Source of the DNA: an uncultured Gemmatimonadaceae bacterium
GTDB lineage: Bacteria > Gemmatimonadota > Gemmatimonadetes > Gemmatimonadales > Gemmatimonadaceae
DNA length: 64,000 nt
NCBI GenBank assembly: GCA_963790305.1
Contig: CAWBOC010000010.1
Location: 160,001 to 224,000 of the forward strand
Direction of reading: 5' to 3'
The notes beneath the pieces were generated by a model. The model did not search any database. It was not told where the DNA came from and saw only the letters and a list, made by a program, of their open reading frames with translations. Of the stretch, positions 48,455 to 58,988 are shown piece by piece (position 1 is the stretch's first letter; the number at the start of each line of letters is the position of its first letter). Position numbers and translations under genes: made by a program.

Positions 48455-50353
48455 ATGATGAAGCGCGTTTTCCTCGCTGCCCTCTTCACGGCGGCCCCCC
48501 TCGCCGCGCAGCAAGAAGACGACACGCTCTACGTCCGGAACAACTTCGTGAAGCGCGAGGCGCGCATCCCCATGCGCGATGGCGTCCACCTCTTCACGAC
48601 GATCTACGTTCCCAAGGACACCGCGCAGCGGCATCCGATCCTGTTGCGACGGACGCCCTATTCGGCCGGCCCGTACGGTGACACGAACTACGTGCAGCTC
48701 GGCGGCTTTCTGCTGGCAATGGCACAGCAGGGATACATCATCGCGTTCCAGGACGTGCGTGGCCGCTTCATGTCGGAGGGCGAATTCGTCGACGTGCGCC
48801 CGCAGGTGACGACCGCGCAGGGCGCGGCTCCGCGAGCGACCAACGGCGGCGCGGCACCGATCGACGAGAGCACGGACACCTGGGACACGATCGACTGGCT
48901 GGTGAAGAACGTCCCGGCAAACAACGGACGCGTCGCCATGCAGGGTGTGTCCTATCCCGGGTTCTACTCGGCGACCGGGGGGATCAATCACCATCCGGCG
49001 CTGCGGGTGATCTCGCCGCAGGCGCCGGTGGCCGACTGGTTCATCGGCGACGACTTTCACCACAACGGTGCCCTCTACCTGGCGCACACCTTCCACTTCT
49101 TCTCGGGGTTCGGGCAGCCGCGTCCCGCTCCGACCGCGGAAGGTCGGCGAGGAATGAACATCGGAACGCCCGACGGCTACCAATTCTTCTTGAACCTCGG
49201 GCCGCTGCCTAACGTCAAGGCGAGGTGGTACGGCGACAGCATCCGCTTCTGGAACGATGTCGTGGCGCATCCCACCTACGACGCCTTCTGGAAGGCGCGT
49301 AACCTGCTGCCGCATCTCCGGAACATGCCGCCGGCGGTCATGACCGTCGGCGGATGGTACGACGCGGAGGACCTGTACGGGCCGCTCAAGGTCTATCAGT
49401 CGATCGAGGAGAAGAATCCCGGCATCACGAACATGCTGGTGATGGGTCCGTGGTTTCATGGGCAATGGTCGGGCGGGCCAGGTGACGCGCTCGGCGCCGT
49501 GCGCTACCCGCCGACGGGACCGTATTTCCGGGACAGCATCGCGATTCCGTTCTTCAATCACTTCATGAAGGATGGGCCGGATCCGAAACTGCCCGAGGCG
49601 ATCGTGTTCGAAGCGGGCGCGAACCGGTGGCGGCGATTCGATGCCTGGCCGCCGCGCGGAGTGCGCCGGCGCTCGCTCCACCTTCGCGAGTCGGGAGGGT
49701 TGTCGTTCGAGGCGCCAACAGCGGTGCGTGCAGCTGCCGACGACTTCGTGAGCGACCCCGCGCATCCCGTGCCCTATGTCGGCTACGTCACGCCAGGGAT
49801 GAGCATCGAGCACATGGTGGATGACCAGCGCTTTGCGGCCACGCGAGCGGACGTGCTCGTGTACCAGACGCCGCCGCTCACGGAAGATGTGACGATCGCG
49901 GGTCCGATCACGGCGACGCTCTGGGTGTCCACGACAGGCACCGACGCCGACTGGGTCGTGAAGGTGATCGACGTCTACCCGGATAGCCTTCCCACGCTCG
50001 ATCCCGAGCTCTGGGCTTCGCAGAGGATCCGGTTAGGCGGCTATCAACAGCTCGTTCGGGGCGAGCTTTTTCGAGGACGATTCCGCAACTCGTTCGAGCG
50101 TCCCGAGGCGTTCGTCCCGGGTCGGGTCACGAAGGTCGAATACGAGCTCCCCGATGTCTTTCATACGTTCCAGCGCGGGCATCGCATCATGATCCAGGTG
50201 CAAAGCTCCTGGTTCCCGCTGGTCGATCGCAACCCGCAGACGTTCGTCGACATCTACCAGGCCAAGGAGAGCGATTTCAGAAAGGCGACGCACCGCGTGC
50301 ATCGCACTCGTGCGCAGGCGTCGCGAGTGACGGTCGGGGTTCTATCGCCGTAG
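48455..50353 (+). CDS. CocE/NonD-family serine hydrolase (alpha-amino acid ester hydrolase/glutaryl-7-ACA acylase-like)
   Basis: Signal peptide; 'IPMRDGV.L', 'RTPY', 'QDVRGRFMSEG', nucleophile 'GVSYPG', 'GWYDAED', 'MGPWFHG'. Confidence 0.93.
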   Translation: MMKRVFLAALFTAAPLAAQQEDDTLYVRNNFVKREARIPMRDGVHLFTTIYVPKDTAQRHPILLRRTPYSAGPYGDTNYVQLGGFLLAMAQQGYIIAFQDVRGRFMSEGEFVDVRPQVTTAQGAAPRATNGGAAPIDESTDTWDTIDWLVKNVPANNGRVAMQGVSYPGFYSATGGINHHPALRVISPQAPVADWFIGDDFHHNGALYLAHTFHFFSGFGQPRPAPTAEGRRGMNIGTPDGYQFFLNLGPLPNVKARWYGDSIRFWNDVVAHPTYDAFWKARNLLPHLRNMPPAVMTVGGWYDAEDLYGPLKVYQSIEEKNPGITNMLVMGPWFHGQWSGGPGDALGAVRYPPTGPYFRDSIAIPFFNHFMKDGPDPKLPEAIVFEAGANRWRRFDAWPPRGVRRRSLHLRESGGLSFEAPTAVRAAADDFVSDPAHPVPYVGYVTPGMSIEHMVDDQRFAATRADVLVYQTPPLTEDVTIAGPITATLWVSTTGTDADWVVKVIDVYPDSLPTLDPELWASQRIRLGGYQQLVRGELFRGRFRNSFERPEAFVPGRVTKVEYELPDVFHTFQRGHRIMIQVQSSWFPLVDRNPQTFVDIYQAKESDFRKATHRVHRTRAQASRVTVGVLSP

Positions 50354-50423
50354 GGCCTTCGCGCGACGGCATTCCATGGGCATAACTGCCTACTACACAA
50401 TAACTTAGCGAAGCACGCCGGCG

Positions 50424-50452
50424 TTGATTTACGGCGCTCGCGCGGCTATATT
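50424..50452 (+). promoter_or_regulatory. sigma70-type promoter of gyrA
   Basis: TTGATT-N17-TATATT. Confidence 0.6.
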
Positions 50453-50499
50453 TCGGGCTCCGCGACCGCGGCGAAATTCGTCTCCCCCCGCAGCAGCCC

Positions 50500-53019
50500 A
50501 TGACCGCTCCGAACAACCGCGAACGGATCGTTTCCCGCCTCATCGACGAGGAGATCCGCGAGTCGTTCATCAACTATTCGATGAGCGTGATCGTCTCGCG
50601 CGCCCTCCCGGACGTGCGCGACGGACTCAAGCCCGTCCACCGTCGCGTGCTGTACGCGATGAACGAGCTCGGCCTCGTGCCAGGCCGTCCCTACAAGAAG
50701 TCGGCAACCGTCGTCGGCAATGTGTTAGGCAAATACCATCCGCATGGAGACACATCGGTCTACGATGCCCTCGTGCGCATGGTGCAGGACTTTTCGCTGC
50801 GCTATCCGCTCGTCAATGGACAGGGGAACTTCGGATCGGTCGACGGTGACCCGCCGGCGGCCTATCGATACACCGAGGCGCGGCTCACGCGCATCGCGAT
50901 GGAGATGCTCGCCGACATCGACAAGGCGACGGTCGATTTCGCGCCGAACTTCAATGATCGACTCCAGGAGCCCAAGGTTCTCCCCTCGGGCATTCCCAAT
51001 CTCATCGTCAACGGCTCGGCCGGTATCGCCGTCGGCATGGCGACGAACATTCCGCCGCATAACCTGCGCGAGGTCGTCAACGCGATCGGCGTCCTGATCG
51101 ACAACCCCGAGGCGACGACGGGCGACCTGCGCCGCCACATCAAGGGGCCAGACTTCCCCACCGGCGGCTACATCTACGGAAAATCCGGGATCAAGGAATA
51201 CCAGGAGTCGGGACGCGGCCGCATCGTCATGCGCGCTCGGGCCGTGATCGAGGAGAAGGAGTCATCGAACAAGTCGCAGATCGTCGTCACCGAGATCCCC
51301 TACCAGGTCAACAAGGCGCGCCTGGTCGAGAACATCGCCGAGCTGGTGCGCGACAAGAAGATGGACGGGATCAGCGACCTGCGTGACGAGTCGGATCGGG
51401 ACGGCATGCGGGTGGTGATCGAGCTCAAGCGCGACGCGATTCCGCGCGTGGTGCTCAACCAGCTCTACAAGCACACGCAGATGCAGGCGACGTTCGGCGT
51501 CATCATGCTGGCGCTGGTGCCGGACGCGGGAACGAAGCAGCTCGTGCCGAAGGTGATGGGGCTCAAGGAGATCCTCGAGCACTTCATCGCCCACCGCCAC
51601 GACGTCATCGTCAAGCGCACGCAGTTCGACCTCGACAAGGCGCTCGAGCGCGAGCACATCCTCGAGGGTCTCAAGATCGCCGTCGACAACATCGACGAAG
51701 TGATCAAGATCATCCGCAAGGCCGAGGACACGCCCGAGGCGAGCGACAAGCTCCAAAAGCGCTTCAAGCTCTCCGAGAAGCAGTCCGAGGCGATCCTCAA
51801 CATGCGCCTCGCGAAGCTCACCGGCCTCGAGATCGAGAAGCTCGAGGAGGAGCTCAAGGAGGTTCGCGGGATGATCAAGGAGTTCCGCGAGATCCTCGCC
51901 TCGAAGCCCCGCCGGATGAGAATCCTCAAGGACGAGCTCGCGAAGCTCGCCGAGACGTACGGTGATGAGCGGCGCACCGAGATCACGAGCGACGAAGGCG
52001 AGTTCACGATCGAAGACCTGATCGCCGAGGAGGACATGGTCGTCACCGTGTCGCACTCGGGGTACGTGAAGCGCACGTCCGTGTCGACGTATCGCAAGCA
52101 GCGTCGAGGCGGGCGGGGCCTCAACGGTCAGGGGCTCAAGGATGAGGATTTCGTCGAGCACCTCTTCATCGCATCCACGCACGACTACATCCTCGTCTTC
52201 ACCGAGGACGGTCGCTGCTTCTGGCTCAAGGTGCACGAGATCCCGCAGGCCGGCCGCGCGGCGAAGGGCAAACCGATCGTCAACCTCATCAACGTCACCG
52301 CCGACACGAAGATTTCGGCCATGGTGCCGGTGCGGGAGTTTCGCGACGATCAGTTCCTGCTCTTCGTGACGAAGGGCGGCACGGTGAAGAAAACCGCGCT
52401 CTCGCAGTACGCGAATCCGCGCACGACCGGCATCAAGGCGATCAAGATCGAGTCCGGGGACGAGCTGTGGGACGTACAGATCACCTCGGGCACGAACGAC
52501 ATCGTGCTGGCGACGAAGCACGGCCTGTCGATTCGCTTCCATGAAGCCGACGTGCGGGAAATGGGTCGCGACACGACGGGCGTGAAGGGCGTCGAGCTCG
52601 CCAAGGACGACGAGGTCATCGGGATGGTCGTCGTCAAGCGCGAGGCCACGCTGCTCGTCGTAACCTCGAAGGGGATGGGCAAGTGCACCGGCATCGACGA
52701 GTACCGGGTTCAGAAACGGGGCGGGAAGGGGATCATCACCGTGCACCGCACCGAGAAAACGGGTGACGTCGTCGCCCTCATGGAAGTGCTGTCAGACGAC
52801 GAGCTCATGTTGATCACGAAGCTCGGGATCATCATCAGAATGCCAGTGAAGGGAATCCGCGTGAGCGGGCGCAACACCCAGGGCGTGCGCCTCGTCAATC
52901 TCGACGAGGGCGACCTGGTGATGGATGTCGCCCGCGTCGTCTCCGATGACGATCGGTCGGAGGTCCTGGACGGCGAGGAGCCGGCAGGAGTCGCTCCCGA
53001 CGAGGATGAGGAGGAGTAA
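50500..53019 (+). CDS. gyrA: DNA gyrase subunit A
   Basis: '[16 protein letters not shown]', 'GKYHPHGD', catalytic 'AAYRYTEAR', GyrA-box 'QRRGGRG', acidic tail. Confidence 0.98.
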   Translation: MTAPNNRERIVSRLIDEEIRESFINYSMSVIVSRALPDVRDGLKPVHRRVLYAMNELGLVPGRPYKKSATVVGNVLGKYHPHGDTSVYDALVRMVQDFSLRYPLVNGQGNFGSVDGDPPAAYRYTEARLTRIAMEMLADIDKATVDFAPNFNDRLQEPKVLPSGIPNLIVNGSAGIAVGMATNIPPHNLREVVNAIGVLIDNPEATTGDLRRHIKGPDFPTGGYIYGKSGIKEYQESGRGRIVMRARAVIEEKESSNKSQIVVTEIPYQVNKARLVENIAELVRDKKMDGISDLRDESDRDGMRVVIELKRDAIPRVVLNQLYKHTQMQATFGVIMLALVPDAGTKQLVPKVMGLKEILEHFIAHRHDVIVKRTQFDLDKALEREHILEGLKIAVDNIDEVIKIIRKAEDTPEASDKLQKRFKLSEKQSEAILNMRLAKLTGLEIEKLEEELKEVRGMIKEFREILASKPRRMRILKDELAKLAETYGDERRTEITSDEGEFTIEDLIAEEDMVVTVSHSGYVKRTSVSTYRKQRRGGRGLNGQGLKDEDFVEHLFIASTHDYILVFTEDGRCFWLKVHEIPQAGRAAKGKPIVNLINVTADTKISAMVPVREFRDDQFLLFVTKGGTVKKTALSQYANPRTTGIKAIKIESGDELWDVQITSGTNDIVLATKHGLSIRFHEADVREMGRDTTGVKGVELAKDDEVIGMVVVKREATLLVVTSKGMGKCTGIDEYRVQKRGGKGIITVHRTEKTGDVVALMEVLSDDELMLITKLGIIIRMPVKGIRVSGRNTQGVRLVNLDEGDLVMDVARVVSDDDRSEVLDGEEPAGVAPDEDEEE

Positions 53020-53048
53020 GGAAGGCACGGACGCCCAATGCAATGGAG

Positions 53049-53088
53049 AAACAGAGAGCGCGCAGTCAGCGCTCTCTGTTTTTTTTTG
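53049..53088 (+). terminator. Intrinsic terminator after gyrA
   Basis: aaacagagagcgc-gcagtca-gcgctctctgttt followed by a T-run. Confidence 0.88.
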
Positions 53089-53212
53089 ATCTTCCGCCGC
53101 CCGGCCCCCTCCTTGCGTGCACTTTTCAGGCTCAGCGCGGTGGCGGGTCGTGAGAACCTCTCGTCGATGCGCCCCAGGCCCGCGTGCATTGGCTGGAGAG
53201 GGAATAGTGACG

Positions 53213-54793
53213 ATGATGAGCATCGACTCGGCGGATCAAGCCCGATCAGTGCCGGTCGTTCCCGGCGATCGCGCCGAGGGTCGCCTTGCGGACTCCGTGC
53301 CTAACCAGGTATGGACAGCGACGCCTGACGGAAAGCTCGACTACGTGAACGCTCGCGTGCTCGAGTACTTTGGCCGCACCTTCGACGAGATGATCGGCAT
53401 GGGATGGCAGGACGTGATCCATCCCGCCGATCTCGCGCGGGTGCTCGAGACGTGGACGCGCTCGCTGGCCACGGCCGAGCCGTACGAGGTGGAGTTCCGC
53501 CTGCGGCGCACTGATGGCGACTACCACTGGCACATCGGGCGCGCCATGCCGGAATTCCACGCCGACGGCCGCGTCGTGAAATGGTTCGGATCGAACACCG
53601 ACGTCCAGGATCTTCGCGCGGCGGAAGAAGCCCGCGACCTCGCGCTCGCCGAGGCGAAGGCGCAGCGGCAGCAGCTCTACGAGGTGTTCATGCAGGTGCC
53701 GGCGGCGATTACCGTGCTCGAGGGGCCCGACCACATCTTCACGGTGGTGAACCCGCGCTACGCCACGCTCACCGGTCATCGCAAGATCCTCGGGAAGCCG
53801 ATCCGCGAGGCGATGCCCGAGCTGAAAGATCAGGGATACTTCGAGATCCTCGAATCCGTCTACGCGACCGGGCAGCCGTTCAAGGCCCGCGAGTCGCTGG
53901 TTCAGCTGGATCGCGATCGGGACGGGCTGCCCGAGAGCCTGTACGTCGACTTCGTCTACCAGCCATTGAAGCGCGCGAGTGGCGAGACGTTCGGCATCAT
54001 GGTGCACGCGGTCAATGTCACCGACAAGGTTCGCGCACGCGAGGAGATCGCCGCCGCCCGGGCGGAGGCGGACAACGCCAACCGCGCGAAGAGCGAGTTT
54101 CTCGCCGCCATGTCGCACGACCTGCGCACCCCGCTCAACGCAATCGGTGGCTACGCGGATCTCGTGCGTGACGGGCTCTACGGCCCGGTGACGGACGCGC
54201 AGGTGTCGGCCATGCAGCGCATCCGGAGAGCCGAGGATCACCTGCTGGCGCTGATCAACGACATCCTGAGCTATGCCAAGATCGAGGCGGGCCGTCTCAC
54301 CATTGATCCCACCGACGTGCCGGTGAACCAGACGCTGGCCGAGCTTCGCATGCTCGTCGCCCCGCAGATCGCCGCGAAAGGATTGAAGTACGAGTTCCGG
54401 CCCGGCCCGTCCAATGTGCTGATGCGCGTGGATCGCGAGCGTGCGACGCAGATCCTGCTCAACCTGCTCACCAATGCGGTGAAGTTCACCACCGACGGAT
54501 CGATCACGGTCGAGTTCAATGCCACGGAAGACGATGTGATCATTCGCGTGTCCGACACAGGCCCGGGAATCGCGCCCGACCGGATGGCGACGATCTTTGA
54601 TCCGTTCGTTCAGGCAGGACGCTTTGGGGAGCCGCGCAAGGAGGGGGTGGGACTCGGACTCGCGATCAGTCGCGAGCTGGCGCGCGCCATGGGCGGCGAC
54701 CTCACCGCCGTAAGCGAGCTCGGCCGCGGCTCGACGTTTACCGTTCGGCTGCCTCGCGCGGTGCCTGCCGAACGTCGGAAGGTTGCCAGCTAG
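53213..54793 (+). CDS. PAS-domain sensor histidine kinase (cytoplasmic)
   Basis: Two PAS/PAC domains; H-box 'FLAAMSHDLRTPLNAI'; N-box 'NLLTNAVKFT'; G-boxes 'DTGPGI', 'GVGLGLAI'. Confidence 0.93.
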   Translation: MMSIDSADQARSVPVVPGDRAEGRLADSVPNQVWTATPDGKLDYVNARVLEYFGRTFDEMIGMGWQDVIHPADLARVLETWTRSLATAEPYEVEFRLRRTDGDYHWHIGRAMPEFHADGRVVKWFGSNTDVQDLRAAEEARDLALAEAKAQRQQLYEVFMQVPAAITVLEGPDHIFTVVNPRYATLTGHRKILGKPIREAMPELKDQGYFEILESVYATGQPFKARESLVQLDRDRDGLPESLYVDFVYQPLKRASGETFGIMVHAVNVTDKVRAREEIAAARAEADNANRAKSEFLAAMSHDLRTPLNAIGGYADLVRDGLYGPVTDAQVSAMQRIRRAEDHLLALINDILSYAKIEAGRLTIDPTDVPVNQTLAELRMLVAPQIAAKGLKYEFRPGPSNVLMRVDRERATQILLNLLTNAVKFTTDGSITVEFNATEDDVIIRVSDTGPGIAPDRMATIFDPFVQAGRFGEPRKEGVGLGLAISRELARAMGGDLTAVSELGRGSTFTVRLPRAVPAERRKVAS

Positions 54794-55902
54794 GGGGCTT
54801 CGATCACCGAGAGTCGGTAAACGGCCCGGACGTCGCCGGGTGTTCCTTCGACCGGCTCCTCCGCCATCGTCGAGACGGCGAGGGCGCGCCCGTTAGGCGA
54901 CCACGCCGCGCCCGTGACGCGACCGGGAATGAGCAGTGGCGCGGCCGACGCGGCGCCTGGCCGCCGAGCGCGGATCAGGACCTGACTCAAGAGATTGTCC
55001 GACCGGAATACGGCGACCCGCTCACCATCGCGGCTGACCGAGGCGGCGGTGCCACGCGGCAACCCGCTGGGCGTTTCGGCCCATGTGCGCATATCGAACA
55101 GCGCGAAGGTCGCCAGTGTGTCCCCAGAGAGGCGCCGCGTGGCCAGGACGGTGTCGCCCCAGGCGGTGACAGGCTCGAGAAACGCGCCATCGTTCACCGA
55201 GGTGACGCGATCGAACTGATGCGTGCCGAGGTCATGCAGCGCGATGTCGCTGCGCCACCCCGATTCGCGATACCCCGTGGTGCCATCCCTCCCTCCAACG
55301 GCACGCACGGTGAAGAGGATGCGGCGGTCATCGAGCCACAGCGTGACCGCCGGCGGCGAATACCCGGGGAGGCGCAATGCGAGTGGCTCGAGGCCCCCGC
55401 TCGTCGTGTCGACGAGCGCGTGGGTGACGCTGCCCTCCTCGGCCCACGACGTCAGCAGGCGGCGCCCGTTAGGCGCCCAGTGGATGTCGAAGGTGGGATC
55501 TCCGGCGGGTCGTTGCGGAAGCGACGAGAACCGTAGCACACGGCGGGCGCGTCCGCCCCGCCGCATGATCCAGATGCCGGTCGTGTCCACCCACGCGAGC
55601 GCGCTGCCATCGCGCGATCGGCGAGCGCCCGAGGCCCGTATGCCCCATGGGCGTCCGGCGCCGGACGGCGCGTGAATGTCGACCGGATTCGATCCCGCGA
55701 GCCCCCAGAGCGTGTCGTCGGTCACCCAATCGCTGAGGACGAAATATCGCGGCGCGTTGACGATGGGCCGAACGGTCCAGGTGACCTGCGAATCGGCGCG
55801 CGCCGCGGCCGCGGCAGTGTCGCGGGCCGGCTCCCGCGATGGCGGGTCGGGGGCATCGCATCCCGCGGCGACAAGGAGGCATGTGGTGAGGACTCGGCGC
55901 AT
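54790..55902 (-). CDS. TolB-like beta-propeller lipoprotein
   Basis: Lipobox 'VAAGC'; 'WAPNGRRL', 'SRDGERVA', 'WSPNGRALA' repeats. Confidence 0.7.
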   Translation of the reverse strand: MRRVLTTCLLVAAGCDAPDPPSREPARDTAAAAARADSQVTWTVRPIVNAPRYFVLSDWVTDDTLWGLAGSNPVDIHAPSGAGRPWGIRASGARRSRDGSALAWVDTTGIWIMRRGGRARRVLRFSSLPQRPAGDPTFDIHWAPNGRRLLTSWAEEGSVTHALVDTTSGGLEPLALRLPGYSPPAVTLWLDDRRILFTVRAVGGRDGTTGYRESGWRSDIALHDLGTHQFDRVTSVNDGAFLEPVTAWGDTVLATRRLSGDTLATFALFDMRTWAETPSGLPRGTAASVSRDGERVAVFRSDNLLSQVLIRARRPGAASAAPLLIPGRVTGAAWSPNGRALAVSTMAEEPVEGTPGDVRAVYRLSVIEAP

Positions 55903-55957
55903 GATGTTCGTCGCGGAGGAAGTGGAAGTAGAGCGACTGCGCAGTACGCAGTTCTGT

Positions 55958-56785
55958 TTACCCCTTCACGGCCCCGGACGTCAGTCCCTGCACGATTCGC
56001 CGCTGGAAGATGAGCACGATCGCGGCCACCGGCGCCGTCGCGATCACCGACGCGGCCAGGATCTCGCCCCACGGAACCTGGTATTCTCCGCGGAAGAGGG
56101 CGATCGCCACCGGTACGGTCTGCCGCTCGGGGCCTAACGTGAACGACAGCGCGAACAGGAACTCGTTCCAGCAATAGATGAAAGTGAGAATCGCCGTCGT
56201 GGCGAGTCCGGGCATCGCCAGCGGGACGATGATTCTCACGAACGCGACGAGACGACTTGCGCCATCCACGAGCGCCGCCTCCTCCAGATCCTTTGGGAGC
56301 TGCCGGAAGTATCCCACGAGGAGCCAGACCGTGAGCGGCATCGCGAACGTCATGTATGGCATGATCAGTCCCGGATAGGTATTGATCAGCCTCATCGCTC
56401 GCAGCAGCAGATAGAGCGGGCTCACGATGGAGATCTGCGGGAACATTGACACGGCGAGGATGAATCCCAGAATCAACGCCTTGCCGCGGAACTCGAGGCG
56501 CGCGAGCGCGTAGGCGGCGAGCGAGCCGACGGTGACGCAGAACACGGTCGTCACTCCAGCCACCACCAACGAGTTGCGCACCGGAGTCCAGAAATCGCGC
56601 GTCGCGAACAGGGCGCGATAGTGCGAGAGAATCGGATCGGCGGGCCAAATCGAGGGATCGCTGAAGAGTGCCGCCTCGGAGGTGAGTGAGGCGACCAGCG
56701 CCCAGTATAGAGGAAAGGCGATGGGAATGAGCAGCGCCACCACGATCAGCGTCCGCAGCCACGGCCGCTCGGCGCGGGCCGTCAT
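55958..56785 (-). CDS. Carbohydrate ABC transporter permease (MalG-like)
   Basis: EAA motif 'LEEAALVDGAS'; 'WNEFLFAL'; 'GLTSGAVKG'. Confidence 0.93.
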   Translation of the reverse strand: MTARAERPWLRTLIVVALLIPIAFPLYWALVASLTSEAALFSDPSIWPADPILSHYRALFATRDFWTPVRNSLVVAGVTTVFCVTVGSLAAYALARLEFRGKALILGFILAVSMFPQISIVSPLYLLLRAMRLINTYPGLIMPYMTFAMPLTVWLLVGYFRQLPKDLEEAALVDGASRLVAFVRIIVPLAMPGLATTAILTFIYCWNEFLFALSFTLGPERQTVPVAIALFRGEYQVPWGEILAASVIATAPVAAIVLIFQRRIVQGLTSGAVKG

Positions 56786-57693
56786 CGCTGTTCTCCGCTC
56801 AGACGGAGCCCGAGCCCGCGGATATAGATCAGCGCCAATCCAAACGTGATCACGAACACCACGACCGAAAGCGCCGAGCCGTAGCCGAATCGGAGGTGCT
56901 GGAGAATGATCGTGTGCGTGTAGAGCGCGATCGGCTCCGTCGCAGTCCCTGGACCGCCCCCGGTGAGCGCGTAGAGCAGGTCGAAGACGCGGAACGCGTC
57001 GAGCGTGCGGAAGATCAGCGCGACGAAGATCGTCGGCTTGAGCAGCGGAATCGTGATGTGCCAGAGCCGCCACCACGCGCTCGCGCCGTCGACTTCAGCA
57101 GCCTCGTAGAGACTCTTGTCAATACTCTGGAGTCCGGCGAGCAGGAGGATCGCGACGAAGGGCGTCGTCTTCCAGACATTGGACAGGATCACCGGAATCC
57201 AGGCGGTGGTCGCCTCGATGAACCACACCATGGGGCGCTCGAGCACGCCGATGGCGACGAGCAGCGCGTTCGCGATGCCGGCCTGCGAGTCGAACATGAA
57301 GCGCCAGAGCAGCGCGGCGACGACGGTTGGGATCGCCCAGGGAAGAAGCGAGGTCGCCCGAGCGAAGCCACGCCCGCGGAATGCGCTGTTCATCGCCAGC
57401 GCGATCACCAGGCCGAGCACGAGCTCGAGCGATACCGTGACGACGGTAAAGAAGAGTGTATGTCCAAGCGACGACCAGAATCGCGGATCGCGTGCGAGCT
57501 CCGCGTAGTTGTCGACGCCGATGAACGGGCGCCCGAGCCAGGGCATCCGCAGATCCTGCAGGTGCAGCGAGTTCCACACCGTCCACACCAGCGGGAAGAT
57601 CGCGATCAGCGCGATCACGCTCACCGCGGGCGTGACGAACGCGAAGGCCAGCCGCCGATCCTGCGTCAGGCGCGGATCCGCTCGTGCGCTCAT
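56782..57693 (-). CDS. Carbohydrate ABC transporter permease (MalF-like)
   Basis: 'LYEAAEVDGAS'; 'WKTTPF'; 'LTGGGPG'. Confidence 0.93.
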   Translation of the reverse strand: MSARADPRLTQDRRLAFAFVTPAVSVIALIAIFPLVWTVWNSLHLQDLRMPWLGRPFIGVDNYAELARDPRFWSSLGHTLFFTVVTVSLELVLGLVIALAMNSAFRGRGFARATSLLPWAIPTVVAALLWRFMFDSQAGIANALLVAIGVLERPMVWFIEATTAWIPVILSNVWKTTPFVAILLLAGLQSIDKSLYEAAEVDGASAWWRLWHITIPLLKPTIFVALIFRTLDAFRVFDLLYALTGGGPGTATEPIALYTHTIILQHLRFGYGSALSVVVFVITFGLALIYIRGLGLRLSGEQR

Positions 57694-58988
57694 CGCGACG
57701 ACGTGACGGGTCGGCCGAACATGTGCTCGCGCAGGCCCGTTCTGTCGATGGCCGCGTTCATCTTCTGCGCCGCGGCGGTGAGCGCGGCCTCCGGCGTGAT
57801 CTGGCCGGCCAGCGCACGGTGCAGCTCGATCTGGAGAATCTCCGAGAGCTGCGTGTAGAGCGGCGTCACCGGCCGCGGAGTCGCACTCTCGACGGCGCGC
57901 CTCGCGTCGTCGGCGGGTATGGCGAGCGCCGCACGCAGCGACGGCTCGTCGTAGACGGCTCGCAGCGTCGGAAATTCCCCAATGGCAACGGCTCTTTCCA
58001 GCTGCTGCTCGGGCGCGGTGATGAACCGCACCAGCGCGAAGGCTGCTTCGGGATCCTCGGTCCACCGGTTGATGGCCAGCTGCGCTCCGCCCAGCGCAGC
58101 GGTCGGACGGCCGCCGGCAGCCGCGGGCATCGGTGACACCGCGTACTTTCCAGCCACGCGCGATTGCGACGAGTCCGCCATCGCGGTGTACGCATATGGC
58201 CAGTTGCGCATGAACACCGCGCGCCCGTTCTGGAAGGCGAACCGAGTCTCCTCCTCGTGCCAGGTGAGCACGTCGTTCGGAGCGATCTTCCACCGGCTGA
58301 TCTGGTCCCGCATGAACGCCAGCGCGCGCACCGCCTCGGGCCCGTCGACGCGGACGTTCATCGAGTCGTCCATGATCTGGCCGCCAAAGCCGCCGAGGTA
58401 TTCGAGAAACACTGTCACGAGCCCTTCGTAGCGCGCGCCCATCCACGCGATGCCGAATGGCACGGTGCCGCTCGCGACACCGCGCTGCGCGAACGCCGCC
58501 AGCTCGTCCAGCGACGCGGGCTCCCTCGGCACCAGATCGGTGCGTCGGTAGAGGAGGCCGACGTCAGCATACCAGGGGAGGGCGTAGAGATCCCCCGCCC
58601 AGCGGCACGCGCGGAGCGTTCCTGGAAAGAACGCCGCCGTGTCGATCGACGGATCCTTCAGCGGAAGGAGCCAGCCGGCCGCAGCGAACTCGGAGGTCCA
58701 GACGACATCGAGCTCGAGCACGTCGGGATCTCCCGCGCGCGCGTTGAGCCACTGCACGAAGAGCTGATGGCGCTGGGTCGCGTCATCCGACACGCGATGC
58801 AACCGGACCTCGATGCTCGGGTTCAGCTGCATGAACCGGTCGAGCTGTCGCCGGAGCAGGGGACCATCGGTGCCCACGACGCTGCTCGAGATCGTGATCA
58901 CCGTACGGCCGCTCGCACTCTCGCGGCCGCCACACGCGGCGACCGCGAGCGCGATGCACGCGACCGCGAGGCGCATCCCCCCCGTCAC
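57690..58988 (-). CDS. Sugar ABC transporter substrate-binding lipoprotein (trehalose/maltose-binding-like)
   Basis: Lipobox 'AVAAC'; 'LDVVWTSEFAAAGW', 'YEGL', 'FMRNWPY', 'ALGG'. Confidence 0.9.
   Translation of the reverse strand: MTGGMRLAVACIALAVAACGGRESASGRTVITISSSVVGTDGPLLRRQLDRFMQLNPSIEVRLHRVSDDATQRHQLFVQWLNARAGDPDVLELDVVWTSEFAAAGWLLPLKDPSIDTAAFFPGTLRACRWAGDLYALPWYADVGLLYRRTDLVPREPASLDELAAFAQRGVASGTVPFGIAWMGARYEGLVTVFLEYLGGFGGQIMDDSMNVRVDGPEAVRALAFMRDQISRWKIAPNDVLTWHEEETRFAFQNGRAVFMRNWPYAYTAMADSSQSRVAGKYAVSPMPAAAGGRPTAALGGAQLAINRWTEDPEAAFALVRFITAPEQQLERAVAIGEFPTLRAVYDEPSLRAALAIPADDARRAVESATPRPVTPLYTQLSEILQIELHRALAGQITPEAALTAAAQKMNAAIDRTGLREHMFGRPVTSSR

Noticed and set aside
50740..50770. 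Quinolone-resistance substitution in GyrA (Thr at the Ser83-equivalent position)
   Set aside because: Thr is a natural wild-type residue in several bacteria and the Asp87 equivalent is intact.
51262..52746. Long antisense ORFs (here opposite gyrA; also 21702-22997, 59669-61612, 61705-63492)
   Set aside because: Typical shadow ORFs of high-GC coding strands, with no recognisable motifs.
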